From positions 416,001 to 480,000 of the forward strand of contig CAWGLD010000005.1 of NCBI GenBank assembly GCA_963823335.1: a DNA stretch of 64,000 nucleotides, read 5' to 3'. This stretch comes from an uncultured delta proteobacterium (lineage in GTDB: Bacteria; Desulfobacterota; Desulfobacteria; Desulfobacterales; B30-G6). Below are positions 37,692 to 46,248 of this stretch, one piece after another. Under the pieces are notes generated by a model. The model saw nothing but the letters and a program-made list of their open reading frames with translations. It did no database searches and was not told the origin of the DNA. Within the stretch, counting starts at the first letter, position 1; every line of letters starts with the position of its first letter. The position numbers and the translations under genes were made by a program.

Positions 37692-39467
37692 TTACACATA
37701 AAGACCATATGTGGAGCCATTTTTCAGGTTCACATAACCCTCTTCGCATATTCTTAAAAAAGGTATGGCCGCACCGGTGAGTGTTATAATTGTCAACAGC
37801 GGGTCCGGAAACGGAACACCGCGATCCTTCAGGGCCTTTTTCAGGGCCGATATCCGTGTTACCAATTCCGTGGTCTGGAGATCCGATATCAAACCCCAAA
37901 TCGGCAAGGGGACTTCGGCCACAATGTGGTTCTTTTCACACAAAACATATCCTCCCTGCAAGGCATGTATACGGTTGACGGCAGATGCCATATCATGGTC
38001 ATTGGCGCCGATAACGATAATATCGGAGGTGTCCCATGCGGCGCTACTGGCAAAAGCGCCCGATTTAAGACCGAAACCTTTGACAAGACCTACAAAGGCT
38101 TTTCCCTGCTCATGTTGTCGATCTATGGCGGCCACTTTCAGTAGGTCCTGATCAATGTCGCTGGTGATAGTGTCGCCAACTGCAGGCAAGGTCAGGTGAA
38201 TTTCTTTTGTGACGAGATCGGTAATCATTTCCATAGCGCGAACAGACCTTATCGCCGATTGTGATCCTGATTCAAGAGCAAAATCATCCGGCTCGAATTG
38301 CTTTGCAAGGTGGACAGTATGACGGCTTTCATTGGAATAGGCATGCGGACGCGGTGGAACGAGAAGCGCGTCGTTGTCGAAAACGATCCGGCCGTTGCTA
38401 ATAACCGTCAGGGGTTGGATGGTGGATATGTCCGGAATGACGAGCATATCTGCAAATCTGCCCGGCGCAATGCCACCGATCAAATGATCCACGGCAAAAT
38501 GCTCGGCTACATTCAGTGTGGCCATCTGAACAGCAGCAACAGGGTCGAAACCGTAGGTGATGGCTTTTTGAACGACGTACTCCATGTATCCTTTTTCCAA
38601 AAGATCGTCCGGGTGAATTCCGTCTGTAACCAGGATCAACCTTCTTAGATCCACCTGGGTTTTGCTTATCTTCGCAATCTCTTTCAGGTCTCTACGAATG
38701 CTGCCTTCCCGGGCCATGACGTGAATTCCAAGTCGCAAACGCTGTATGACTTCATCGGCTTTTATGGGTTCGTGACACGATGTAATGCCCGTGGCAACAT
38801 AAGCATTCAGTTTTTTGTCACTGGCACCGGCGGAATGTCCTTCCAGGATTTTGCCTGATGCCAATGTTTGGGCGAAACGTGGGAGCAGAATGTCCGGCTG
38901 CTGTAAAACACTCTGCCAGTACGATTCGCCTAATCCAACAACCTTGTCGGATGACAAAAGTTGTTTTAAATCCTGCATGGGCATATGGCCGGCCTTCCGG
39001 CTGATGGAGGCCATGGCAGGTGCCGTGGCGAGAAATTTTATGGGTTGGTTTTCCAGAGATGCCAGAAATTCCTGGACCGCAGCTATACCGCCCACCGGAT
39101 AAAGTTCCAGTGTCTCTGTGACAATGGTTGTGGTGCCACCCGGGATGATATAGCGTAAATATTCGTCGATGGTGCACATCCATCCAAGATGGGTGTGACC
39201 GTCGATCAGCCCGGGAATAAGGGTCTTGCCGGCGGCATCGACGACGATGGTTTCAGATCCGATGGCGTCTTGGGCGTCTTCGCCCACATAGGCAATCCGT
39301 TTGTCAACGACGCTGACAGATTGTTTTTTCAACAACTCGCCCGTGTATACATTCAGTAGCATTGCATTGACAACAACCAGATCGGCTGGTGCGTTACCAA
39401 GCGCAACATCCATCAATTTATTAGCGTCTCTGGACATTGTCCATGGTGATGTTTTCTGGGTGGTCAT
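37692..39467 (-). CDS. ade: Adenine deaminase-family amidohydrolase
   Basis: PGLIDGHTH, GTTT, EGH, SCHE, REGS, VTDG, ATLNVAE, GGIAPGRFAD; C-terminal adenine-deaminase domain. Confidence 0.8.
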   Translation of the reverse strand: MTTQKTSPWTMSRDANKLMDVALGNAPADLVVVNAMLLNVYTGELLKKQSVSVVDKRIAYVGEDAQDAIGSETIVVDAAGKTLIPGLIDGHTHLGWMCTIDEYLRYIIPGGTTTIVTETLELYPVGGIAAVQEFLASLENQPIKFLATAPAMASISRKAGHMPMQDLKQLLSSDKVVGLGESYWQSVLQQPDILLPRFAQTLASGKILEGHSAGASDKKLNAYVATGITSCHEPIKADEVIQRLRLGIHVMAREGSIRRDLKEIAKISKTQVDLRRLILVTDGIHPDDLLEKGYMEYVVQKAITYGFDPVAAVQMATLNVAEHFAVDHLIGGIAPGRFADMLVIPDISTIQPLTVISNGRIVFDNDALLVPPRPHAYSNESRHTVHLAKQFEPDDFALESGSQSAIRSVRAMEMITDLVTKEIHLTLPAVGDTITSDIDQDLLKVAAIDRQHEQGKAFVGLVKGFGLKSGAFASSAAWDTSDIIVIGANDHDMASAVNRIHALQGGYVLCEKNHIVAEVPLPIWGLISDLQTTELVTRISALKKALKDRGVPFPDPLLTIITLTGAAIPFLRICEEGYVNLKNGSTYGLYV

Positions 39468-39474
39468 CTAACAT

Positions 39475-39630
39475 CTCCTTAGTGCCCATCCACACATGGT
39501 CTTTTTCCGCGATATCGGCGTTGGACGCCATGATTTAACTCCTCAAAATAGAACGCTATTACTCCGGGTTAAATCTGTCGTCCGCCTTGATCTCACGAAA
39601 AATCCTCATTTCTGGACGGATACTCCTTAG
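39475..39630 (-). mobile_element. MITE (family M, copy B) with 8-bp TSD CTCCTTAG
   Basis: Imperfect TIRs tgcccatccacacatg / catttctggacggata; direct repeats at 39475-39482 and 39623-39630; reverse-complement homolog of 42035-42179. Confidence 0.8.
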
Positions 39631-39653
39631 AATATAGCATTTTTTGTTATAAA

Positions 39654-39695
39654 AGCGACAACGTCGCGACAAATAAAATCGTGCAACGATTTTAT
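39654..39695 (+). repeat. REP-like double hairpin R1
   Basis: AGCGACAACGTCGCG-acaa-ATAAAATCG-tgcaa-CGATTTTAT. Confidence 0.85.
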
Positions 39696-39790
39696 TAATG
39701 GTTGAAAAACAAACGATTGTAAAGCATAAATAAATACGCAACGCGTATTTATCGATCGCGGCCATGCCGCTCTACTTATGAGGATGTCAT

Positions 39791-40510
39791 ATGCATTTGA
39801 AACGCGTGTCAATTTTGCCTGAAAAATATCCCAACAAAGATGTCTATCCTTTCAATCTGGATATTTTTCGTCATACGGATGTGATCGTCTTTGATTCCAA
39901 TTTGACTTTTTTGGTTGGAGAGAATGGTACCGGAAAGTCAACCCTGCTTGAGGCCATATCGCATCGATGTGGCTTTCATATCTGGCGGGGGCATAGTCGC
40001 TCACGCTATAACAGTAATCCATACGAAAAGGAACTGTATCGCTATATTTCGTTGGATTGGGAGAACGGTCGTGTGCCGGGATCATTTTTTGCGTCCGATA
40101 TCTTTCGGAATTTCGCACGGAATCTGGACGAATGGGCGTCCATGGACCCTGCCATGCTGTCATATTTTGGGGGGAAATCCCTCATGTCCCAGTCACACGG
40201 GCAATCGTTGATGTCCTTGTTTCAGGCGCGATACAAGATCAAGGGGCTCTATCTCCTGGATGAACCGGAGACCGCCCTTTCCCCCAAAAGTCAGTTTGAG
40301 CTTTTATCCGTTCTGAAACGAACCAGTAGTCAGGGGCATGCCCAGTTTGTTATTGCCACCCATTCACCCATTCTACTTGCCTGTCCAGGCGCCACTATTT
40401 TAAGTTTCGACCAAAATCCCATACGGGCGATTGAATATGAAGAGACCGCATATTACAAGCTTTACAAGGCATTCATGGAGAATAGAGATCAGATGCTGTC
40501 CGAGCTATAA
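39791..40510 (+). CDS. Stand-alone ABC-fold ATPase (COG3910-like)
   Basis: GENGTGKS, SHGQS, LLDEPETALSP, ATHSPILL. Confidence 0.88.
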   Translation: MHLKRVSILPEKYPNKDVYPFNLDIFRHTDVIVFDSNLTFLVGENGTGKSTLLEAISHRCGFHIWRGHSRSRYNSNPYEKELYRYISLDWENGRVPGSFFASDIFRNFARNLDEWASMDPAMLSYFGGKSLMSQSHGQSLMSLFQARYKIKGLYLLDEPETALSPKSQFELLSVLKRTSSQGHAQFVIATHSPILLACPGATILSFDQNPIRAIEYEETAYYKLYKAFMENRDQMLSEL

Positions 40511-40565
40511 TAAACCCTATCGTTGCATGAACAACTTGGCAACGTTAGGGTAAAAAGGAGTGCCT

Positions 40566-41075
40566 ATGGATCTTCAGCCAATTGAAGAAATGAACCGGGA
40601 GGACTTGCAGAAATACACAGAATTCCTGTTGTGGCATTATCGGGTGATGGATGCTTTCTGGTTTATCAACGTAGGGGAGGCATTTGATCAACCCACCGCA
40701 GAGAGAATCAACGAGAAAGTCTGGCGTCGTGTATCTGGAATGGCATCCAAGGATCTGTTGAATCGATTCCAGATCAAGGAAAAAGGTCTGACAGGATTTG
40801 TGAAAGCGCTGAAGCTTTTCCCCTGGTGCATTCTCGTGGGGTATCATATTCAAGAAAAACCCGATGAAGTTCTTATTACCGTTCCCTCCTGTCCCACTCA
40901 GGAGGCACGGCTGCGTCGTGGCCTGGATGAGTTTGTCTGCAAGGAAATGCATCGGGGTGAGTTTGAAGGATTTGCACACGAAATCGATCCCGAAATAATG
41001 GTGGAGTGTCAATTCGCTCCGCCTGATCCACACCCCCCTGACATGTTTTGTCAGTGGCGATTTTATATGCGCTAA
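40566..41075 (+). CDS. DUF6125-like protein (V4R/ATC-hydrolase-like fold)
   Basis: DAFWF, CPTQEAR...FVCK, FA..IDP, C..APPD, CQWRF; AAGGAG RBS. Confidence 0.7.
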   Translation: MDLQPIEEMNREDLQKYTEFLLWHYRVMDAFWFINVGEAFDQPTAERINEKVWRRVSGMASKDLLNRFQIKEKGLTGFVKALKLFPWCILVGYHIQEKPDEVLITVPSCPTQEARLRRGLDEFVCKEMHRGEFEGFAHEIDPEIMVECQFAPPDPHPPDMFCQWRFYMR

Positions 41076-41206
41076 GTCTTAATCCATTTGCGGTCTATGG
41101 ATTAGCAGATTGGCAATTGGGGAGTTTTTCGTGGTTTTGGAGAGAAAGAGGTAATCAGCGACGTCAAAGCGCAGACGCAAGAATAAAGTGTCGAAGAAGG
41201 TTTTAA

Positions 41207-41248
41207 AGCGGCAAGGCCGCGACAAATAAATTCGCGCAACGAATTTAT
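41207..41248 (+). repeat. REP-like double hairpin R1 (covarying GCGGC/GCCGC form)
   Basis: AGCGGC-AAG-GCCGCG-acaa-ATAAATTCG-cgcaa-CGAATTTAT next to the GNAT stop. Confidence 0.85.
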
Positions 41249-41250
41249 AT

Positions 41251-41685
41251 TTATATGGATTTACGCAGGTTAATAAAATTGCTGCGGTCGAATCCCATGG
41301 TCTTGAAGAAAGACAACAGGTCTGGCGAGTCCCATCTGACGGAGGTATATACGTTTTCAATACCTTCGGATTTATAGTATTCAAATATTTTTGTGGCCAG
41401 GTTTTTCCCGATATCTTGCCCCATGTACTCAGGTTTTACACCTAATGTGGCAATCCAGGCACTCTTCTCGATGCCAAATCCCAGTGTCAGAATATAGCTG
41501 ATCATGAAGCCGACAATCTTCCCGTCGAGTTCCGCCACCAGACAGATATCTTCATCTCTTTGGGCATGCTGTTCAATGAGACGATTGAAATCAGGATGTA
41601 CGGGTTTTTGAATGATACCGCCGTAGATTGCACTGATTTCAACAACGTCTTCTTTTATCATTTTTCTGATGGTGATATTTTTCAC
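41251..41685 (-). CDS. GNAT-family acyltransferase-fold protein
   Basis: IRKM..ED, LVAELDGKIVGF, LGVKPEYMGQDIG, FFKTMGF. Confidence 0.9.
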   Translation of the reverse strand: MKNITIRKMIKEDVVEISAIYGGIIQKPVHPDFNRLIEQHAQRDEDICLVAELDGKIVGFMISYILTLGFGIEKSAWIATLGVKPEYMGQDIGKNLATKIFEYYKSEGIENVYTSVRWDSPDLLSFFKTMGFDRSNFINLRKSI

Positions 41686-41711
41686 AAAAAGATCCTTTTC
41701 AGATAAACAGG

Positions 41712-41900
41712 TTAATCGATCCGAATGATCTTGACTTGGTGCCCGACCCAGTTCGGGGGAAGATATACCCGGCCACTGTTGCCACTGGACTTGACTTTTT
41801 TCTCGATCATCTCTTCGCCGTAAATTTCAAACTTGACCTTGGCTCTTGTCATATCGTTTTCGGCATTCTGGTTGGCCATTGATTTATTCCCCGAAGTCAT
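41712..41900 (-). CDS. DUF2080-like small protein (AbrB-like swapped hairpin; start may be 41879 or 41852)
   Basis: EKKVKSSGNSGRVYLPPNWVGHQVKIIR matches the K-V---GNS--V-LP--W-G--V pattern. Confidence 0.8.
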   Translation of the reverse strand: MTSGNKSMANQNAENDMTRAKVKFEIYGEEMIEKKVKSSGNSGRVYLPPNWVGHQVKIIRID

Positions 41901-42026
41901 AATTTATCAAACTTTTATCAATAACAGCAGAGGGTGCCGCATACCTCACTATAGCGGAACAGCATCTTCCTTGTAGCTACGGAAACCTCGACAATCGCTC
42001 AACAAGGATCTATATTTATTATTAAA

Positions 42027-42187
42027 ATAACTAATGTTCGTCCAGAAATGAGGATTTTTGCGTGAGATCAAGGCGGACGACGGATTTAACGCGGAGCAAT
42101 AGCACACAAGCTATTTTGCGGAGTTAAATCGCTATCCCTATTGCCGATATCGCGGAAAAAGGCCATTTGTGGATGGGCATTAACTAA
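42027..42187 (+). mobile_element. MITE (family M, copy C) with near-perfect 8-bp TSD (A/T)TAACTAA
   Basis: TIRs tgttcgtccagaaatg / catttgtggatgggca; flanks ataactaa (42027-34) and ttaactaa (42180-87). Confidence 0.8.
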
Positions 42188-42242
42188 CACTTCTCATGGG
42201 GGTGGTCAAGAAATATTAGCTGTTATTTAGCTGTATCGTAGC

Positions 42243-42309
42243 ATCAGAGCGTTTATCATCTGAAGCGTTCAGATGATAAACGCTCTGATCTGTCGCGGCT
42301 TCGCCGCTA
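42243..42309 (-). repeat. R1 variant with a perfect 22-bp second palindrome
   Basis: atcagagcgtttatcatctgaa-gcg-ttcagatgataaacgctctgat plus cgcggcttcgccgct. Confidence 0.8.
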
Positions 42310-42328
42310 ATCGGGATTGCTGGTTTTA

Positions 42329-42404
42329 TGAACCACAACAGCGAGCGCATTCCCCGTAGGTTCTGCCGTTCGGCAGTGCTGCGCATGCTGCGAGGTTCTT
42401 CAAT
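42329..42404 (+). repeat. Palindromic repeat family R4 (internally deleted copy)
   Basis: tgaacc..agcgagcg.attccccgtaggttctgccgttcggcagtgct..catgctgcgaggttcttcaat; related copies at 45260 and 52344. Confidence 0.8.
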
Positions 42405-42585
42405 TCATTGAGCGTGTCTAATGACTTGCTTTTTTATGGCTTATGATTTAAACCGGTTCGAAAACTGAGACACAACCAGCGCTACAATTTGGAATGTAGT
42501 ACAGGGCTTTAGCCCTGCCAAGACAAATTGCTGTCAGGTCTTAAGCTCCGTAATTTTGAAACAGCTTCATGAAAAAGGAGTGCCC

Positions 42586-43719
42586 ATGCACAAAGATATC
42601 GCGTTAATTATAGAACGGTTTCAAAAAGCGGCCAAGGACCCAGGGGCTTATGCACGGAGTTGGAAAGAAAAAAACCAGAAGGATGTTATCGGTTACTTTT
42701 GTTCCTACGCACCTGAAGAGATTATCTTGGCTACAGGTGCGTTACCCTTCAGAATATTTGGCGTCCAAAAGCAGATATCATTGGCTGATGCCCATCTTCA
42801 AGCATACAGTTGCAGTCTGGTACGTGGTGCCCTTGAGGACGCCCTTTCCGGTGGTCTTGATTTCTTGAAAGGGACCGTGTTTCCGCATACCTGCGATTCT
42901 GTTATGCGTTTATCCGATATCTGGCGTATGAACCTGGGGTTCGACTTCCATATCGATGTGGTGCTGCCTGTGAAGCTCAATACCCAAAACGCACGAGAAT
43001 ACATGGTCGATGTGATGCGAAAATTCAAACGCGACCTTGAAAGAGAAATGAAGACAGAAATAACCGATGAGCAAATCGGATCATCCATAAAAACGATAAA
43101 TCGGATTCGAGAACTTCTTCGTGAACTATATGATATCAAGTGTCAACAACCGCTGATACTTTCAGGGTCGGAATTAAATGTCATTGTCAAAGGGTGTATG
43201 ATTATGGACCGACAAGAAGTGCGGGAGATGCTTGAGGATCTTTTAGAGCATTTCAAGACCTTGGATACAATGGTTCCTTCAGAGGGCAAACGGCTTTTAC
43301 TTGCCGGCGGTTTATGCAATATGCCTGATATTTTCAAAATTGTCGAATCTTCCGGTGGCTTCATTGTATCGGATGATTTTTGCACAGGGTCACGCTATGT
43401 TGACGGGCAGGTTCCTATACATGATGATATGATGACGGCAATTGCGGATCGGTACGCTGAACGGGTTGTATGCCCGGCCAAGCATGCCGCGCTCTATTCA
43501 AGAGGGGATCATGTGTTGCGGCTTGCCAGAGAAAAGGATGTGGATGGGGTTATCTTTTTATATCTCAAGTTTTGCGATCCTCATGCATTTGATTATCCTT
43601 ACATGAAAGCGATGCTTGACAATGAGAACATACCGAGCATGTTGTTTGAAATCGAAGATCAATTGCTCTCTGAGGGCCAGTTCAAGACCAGGTGTGAGGC
43701 ATTTATCGAAATGTTATAA
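42586..43719 (+). CDS. 2-hydroxyacyl-CoA dehydratase / BcrC-BzdN family subunit
   Basis: CSYAPEEII, CSL, HTCD, DDFCTGSR, KFCDPH, TRCEAFIE; AAGGAG RBS. Confidence 0.88.
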   Translation: MHKDIALIIERFQKAAKDPGAYARSWKEKNQKDVIGYFCSYAPEEIILATGALPFRIFGVQKQISLADAHLQAYSCSLVRGALEDALSGGLDFLKGTVFPHTCDSVMRLSDIWRMNLGFDFHIDVVLPVKLNTQNAREYMVDVMRKFKRDLEREMKTEITDEQIGSSIKTINRIRELLRELYDIKCQQPLILSGSELNVIVKGCMIMDRQEVREMLEDLLEHFKTLDTMVPSEGKRLLLAGGLCNMPDIFKIVESSGGFIVSDDFCTGSRYVDGQVPIHDDMMTAIADRYAERVVCPAKHAALYSRGDHVLRLAREKDVDGVIFLYLKFCDPHAFDYPYMKAMLDNENIPSMLFEIEDQLLSEGQFKTRCEAFIEML

Positions 43720-43750
43720 AATTGCATGGCAAATTTATAACATCTGACTA

Positions 43751-43893
43751 TAAGCCATCTCAAAAAAAGGGTTTTGGCTCAAGTTCAAGGCGGGCCCGAA
43801 CTTCAACCCGCAGGCATACTGCAGTATTCCGAGGAGTTGAAGCAAGGGACCAACACAGAAATTGGGTAAAAAACTTTTTTGAGATAGCTTCTA
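43751..43893 (+). mobile_element. Long-hairpin MITE-like element (family M, copy D)
   Basis: TIRs aagccatctcaaaaaa / ttttttgagatagctt; core AAGGCG..AGGCATAC/GTATTCCGAGGAG..AACACAG. Confidence 0.75.
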
Positions 43894-43973
43894 ATTCATC
43901 GTTGCGTTTTATATAAGCGCCAACATTTTATCTCTATCGAATATCAAGCGTGAGTCCGCAAAAGAGGGAAGTG

Positions 43974-45209
43974 ATGACCGAAAAGGAAAAAATACGGGAT
44001 CCGGAGAAAGAAAAACGCAAGATCAAGTCTGTCAAGCAGATGAAAGATATCATGACTCAATATTATATCGAGGCAAAGACAGCAGCGGAAGTCGGAAAAA
44101 AAGTTGCCTGGATTACCAGTGGCGGACCCGTCGAACCGCTGATCGCCATGGATGTCATTCCGGTTTACCCGGAAAATCACGGTGCCATGATCGGGGCTTC
44201 AAAAATGGGTGTCGATCTGTGTGAAAAAGCCGAGGAGATGGGCTACTCAAGGGATCTTTGTTCCTACGCCATGGCGGATATTGCTTGTGCACCTATAAAC
44301 GGGGGCCCCATTGGCGGTCTGCCCAAACCCGATATGCTGGTTTGCAGCACCAATATTTGCGGAACGGTTCTCAAATGGTATGAGATCCAGGCCCGACTAT
44401 TCAATGTGCCGCTATTTATTTTGGATACTCCTTTTTGCCACACGGAATATTCAGATGAAGCCAGAAAATATGTTCGAAATCAGTTTGATGAATATGCCCA
44501 ATTCTTGACAAATACATGTGGTAAATCATTTGATTACGATCGGCTGAAGGAAGTGGGTAAACTTTCACTCGAAGCCCAACGTCTATGGCAGGCTGTTCTG
44601 GACAGCTGTGTGCATAAACCTTCGCCCATGAGTGCCTTTGATGCATTTATGCACCTGGCACTTATTGTAACACTACGGGGAAAGCAGGTTACCATTGATT
44701 ACTACCGGAACCTGCTAAATGAAATGAAAGAAAGAATCGCCCAGAGCATTTCAGCGGTGCCCAATGAACGCTACCGCTTGTTGTGGGATAATCTACCGGT
44801 CTGGTTTCGGACACGATGGTTGTCGGATAAGTTCGCCTCCCATAATGCCTGCCTGGTTGCCGATACGTACACATCAGCCTGGTGTGCTGCCATGGAATAC
44901 ATTGATGAAGATAACTTTCTGGACAGTATGGCCGAGAGTCATACGCGTATATACCTCAATATCGGTGTCGACGTGATGGCCAAAAGTATTTTACGGATGA
45001 TCGACAAATATGATGTCGACGGTTTTGTCTTGCATTCCAACCGAAGCTGCAAACCTTACTCTTTGGGTCAATACGATATTCAAAAAATTATCCAAAAGGA
45101 AAGAGGCATCCCCACATTGATGATTGAAGCGGATATGGTGGATGAACGGAATTTTTCCGAGGGCCAGGTAGAGACCCGTATCGATGCGTTCATGGAAAAT
45201 TTATTATGA
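43974..45209 (+). CDS. 2-hydroxyacyl-CoA dehydratase / BcrB-BzdO family subunit
   Basis: YPENHGA, GYSRDLCSY, LPKPD, NICGTVLKWY, NRSCK, TRIDAF. Confidence 0.88.
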   Translation: MTEKEKIRDPEKEKRKIKSVKQMKDIMTQYYIEAKTAAEVGKKVAWITSGGPVEPLIAMDVIPVYPENHGAMIGASKMGVDLCEKAEEMGYSRDLCSYAMADIACAPINGGPIGGLPKPDMLVCSTNICGTVLKWYEIQARLFNVPLFILDTPFCHTEYSDEARKYVRNQFDEYAQFLTNTCGKSFDYDRLKEVGKLSLEAQRLWQAVLDSCVHKPSPMSAFDAFMHLALIVTLRGKQVTIDYYRNLLNEMKERIAQSISAVPNERYRLLWDNLPVWFRTRWLSDKFASHNACLVADTYTSAWCAAMEYIDEDNFLDSMAESHTRIYLNIGVDVMAKSILRMIDKYDVDGFVLHSNRSCKPYSLGQYDIQKIIQKERGIPTLMIEADMVDERNFSEGQVETRIDAFMENLL

Positions 45210-45259
45210 TTTTTCAATCATAATAAATTTTGGTGCGGTTTTGCCACTGATTTTTCTTG

Positions 45260-45426
45260 TGAACCGAAAAAGCGAGCGAATTCCCCGTAGGTTCTGCCGT
45301 TCGGCAGTGCTTGGCATGCTGCGGGGTTAGCGAGCGAATCTAAATTAGACAGAATTCCTTACGGTCGCTGCGAAGCACTGCCGTAAGGCAGAACATTCCT
45401 CGTAGCTTGCTGCGAGGTTCTTCAAT
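45260..45426 (+). repeat. Palindromic repeat family R4, longest copy
   Basis: Two nested CCCCGTAG...TGCTGCGGGG / CCTCGTAGCTTGCTGCGAGG palindromes. Confidence 0.8.
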
Positions 45427-45472
45427 GATAGCTGAATAGAATCGCATAGCCATTCTATTGGGGGAATAGAGA

Positions 45473-46234
45473 GTGCTAACAATAGGAATCGATGTGGGTT
45501 CGATTACCACGAAGGCCGCAGTTGTGGTAGATGGTGAGTTGAAACTGTCAAAGATAGAATCAACAGGGTATGATGCGAAAAAGTCGGCCAATACGGTTTT
45601 TAAACAGGTATTGGAAGAATTGAAACTCAGACGGGATGACATTCAGGGAATTGTGTCCACGGGTTACGGCCGAAACAGTGTATCCTTTGCGAACAAAGCT
45701 ATTACCGAAATCACCTGTCATGCTGCGGGAGCATTTTTTATCAATCCGGAAATTCGCTCCGTGATCGATATTGGCGGCCAAGATAGCAAGGTTATTCTAC
45801 TGAATGAGAAAGGTCGCGTATCGGACTTTGCCATGAATGATAAATGTGCCGCAGGAACCGGTCGATTTTTGGAGGTTATGGCACGGGCGCTCGAAATTGA
45901 GCTGGAACACTTTGGTGAGATGTCATTAAAATCACGAACGCCTTCTCAAATAAGCAGTCTGTGCACGGTCTTTGCGGAATCAGAAGTAATATCATTAATT
46001 GCCAAGGGTGAAAAACGGGAAAATATCGTTGCCGGGATCCATGATGCCATCGGGGCCAGGGTTGCCTCAATGGCTAAACGAGTCAAGATAGTGGCCCCGG
46101 TGATGATGACCGGTGGTGTTGCTAAGAATAAAGGTCTGGTAAAGGCACTTGAAAAAAGATTGATGCAAGATATCCTGATAACTGAATCGGCCCAGGTTGT
46201 TGGCGCTATAGGTGCTGCATTATTGGCTCGATAA
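45473..46234 (+). CDS. ASKHA-family [4Fe-4S] activase (HgdC/BcrD-like)
   Basis: GIDVGSITTK, TGYGR, EITCH, DIGGQDSK, MNDKCAAGTGRF, CTVFAESE, GGVAKN. Confidence 0.93.
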   Translation: MLTIGIDVGSITTKAAVVVDGELKLSKIESTGYDAKKSANTVFKQVLEELKLRRDDIQGIVSTGYGRNSVSFANKAITEITCHAAGAFFINPEIRSVIDIGGQDSKVILLNEKGRVSDFAMNDKCAAGTGRFLEVMARALEIELEHFGEMSLKSRTPSQISSLCTVFAESEVISLIAKGEKRENIVAGIHDAIGARVASMAKRVKIVAPVMMTGGVAKNKGLVKALEKRLMQDILITESAQVVGAIGAALLAR

Positions 46235-46248
46235 AGTGGTATTTACTT

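Noticed and set aside
41712-41900. IS200/IS605 element implied by the DUF2080-like gene
   Set aside because: No tnpA or tnpB ORF or recognisable fragment nearby
39475-42187. Composite transposon formed by inverted MITE copies B and C
   Set aside because: Each copy has its own different TSD, which indicates independent insertions; there is no shared outer duplication
42586-46234. Firm call as class I benzoyl-CoA reductase (bcr/bzd)
   Set aside because: Only one activase subunit is present; it cannot be separated from 2-hydroxyacyl-CoA dehydratases without a phylogeny
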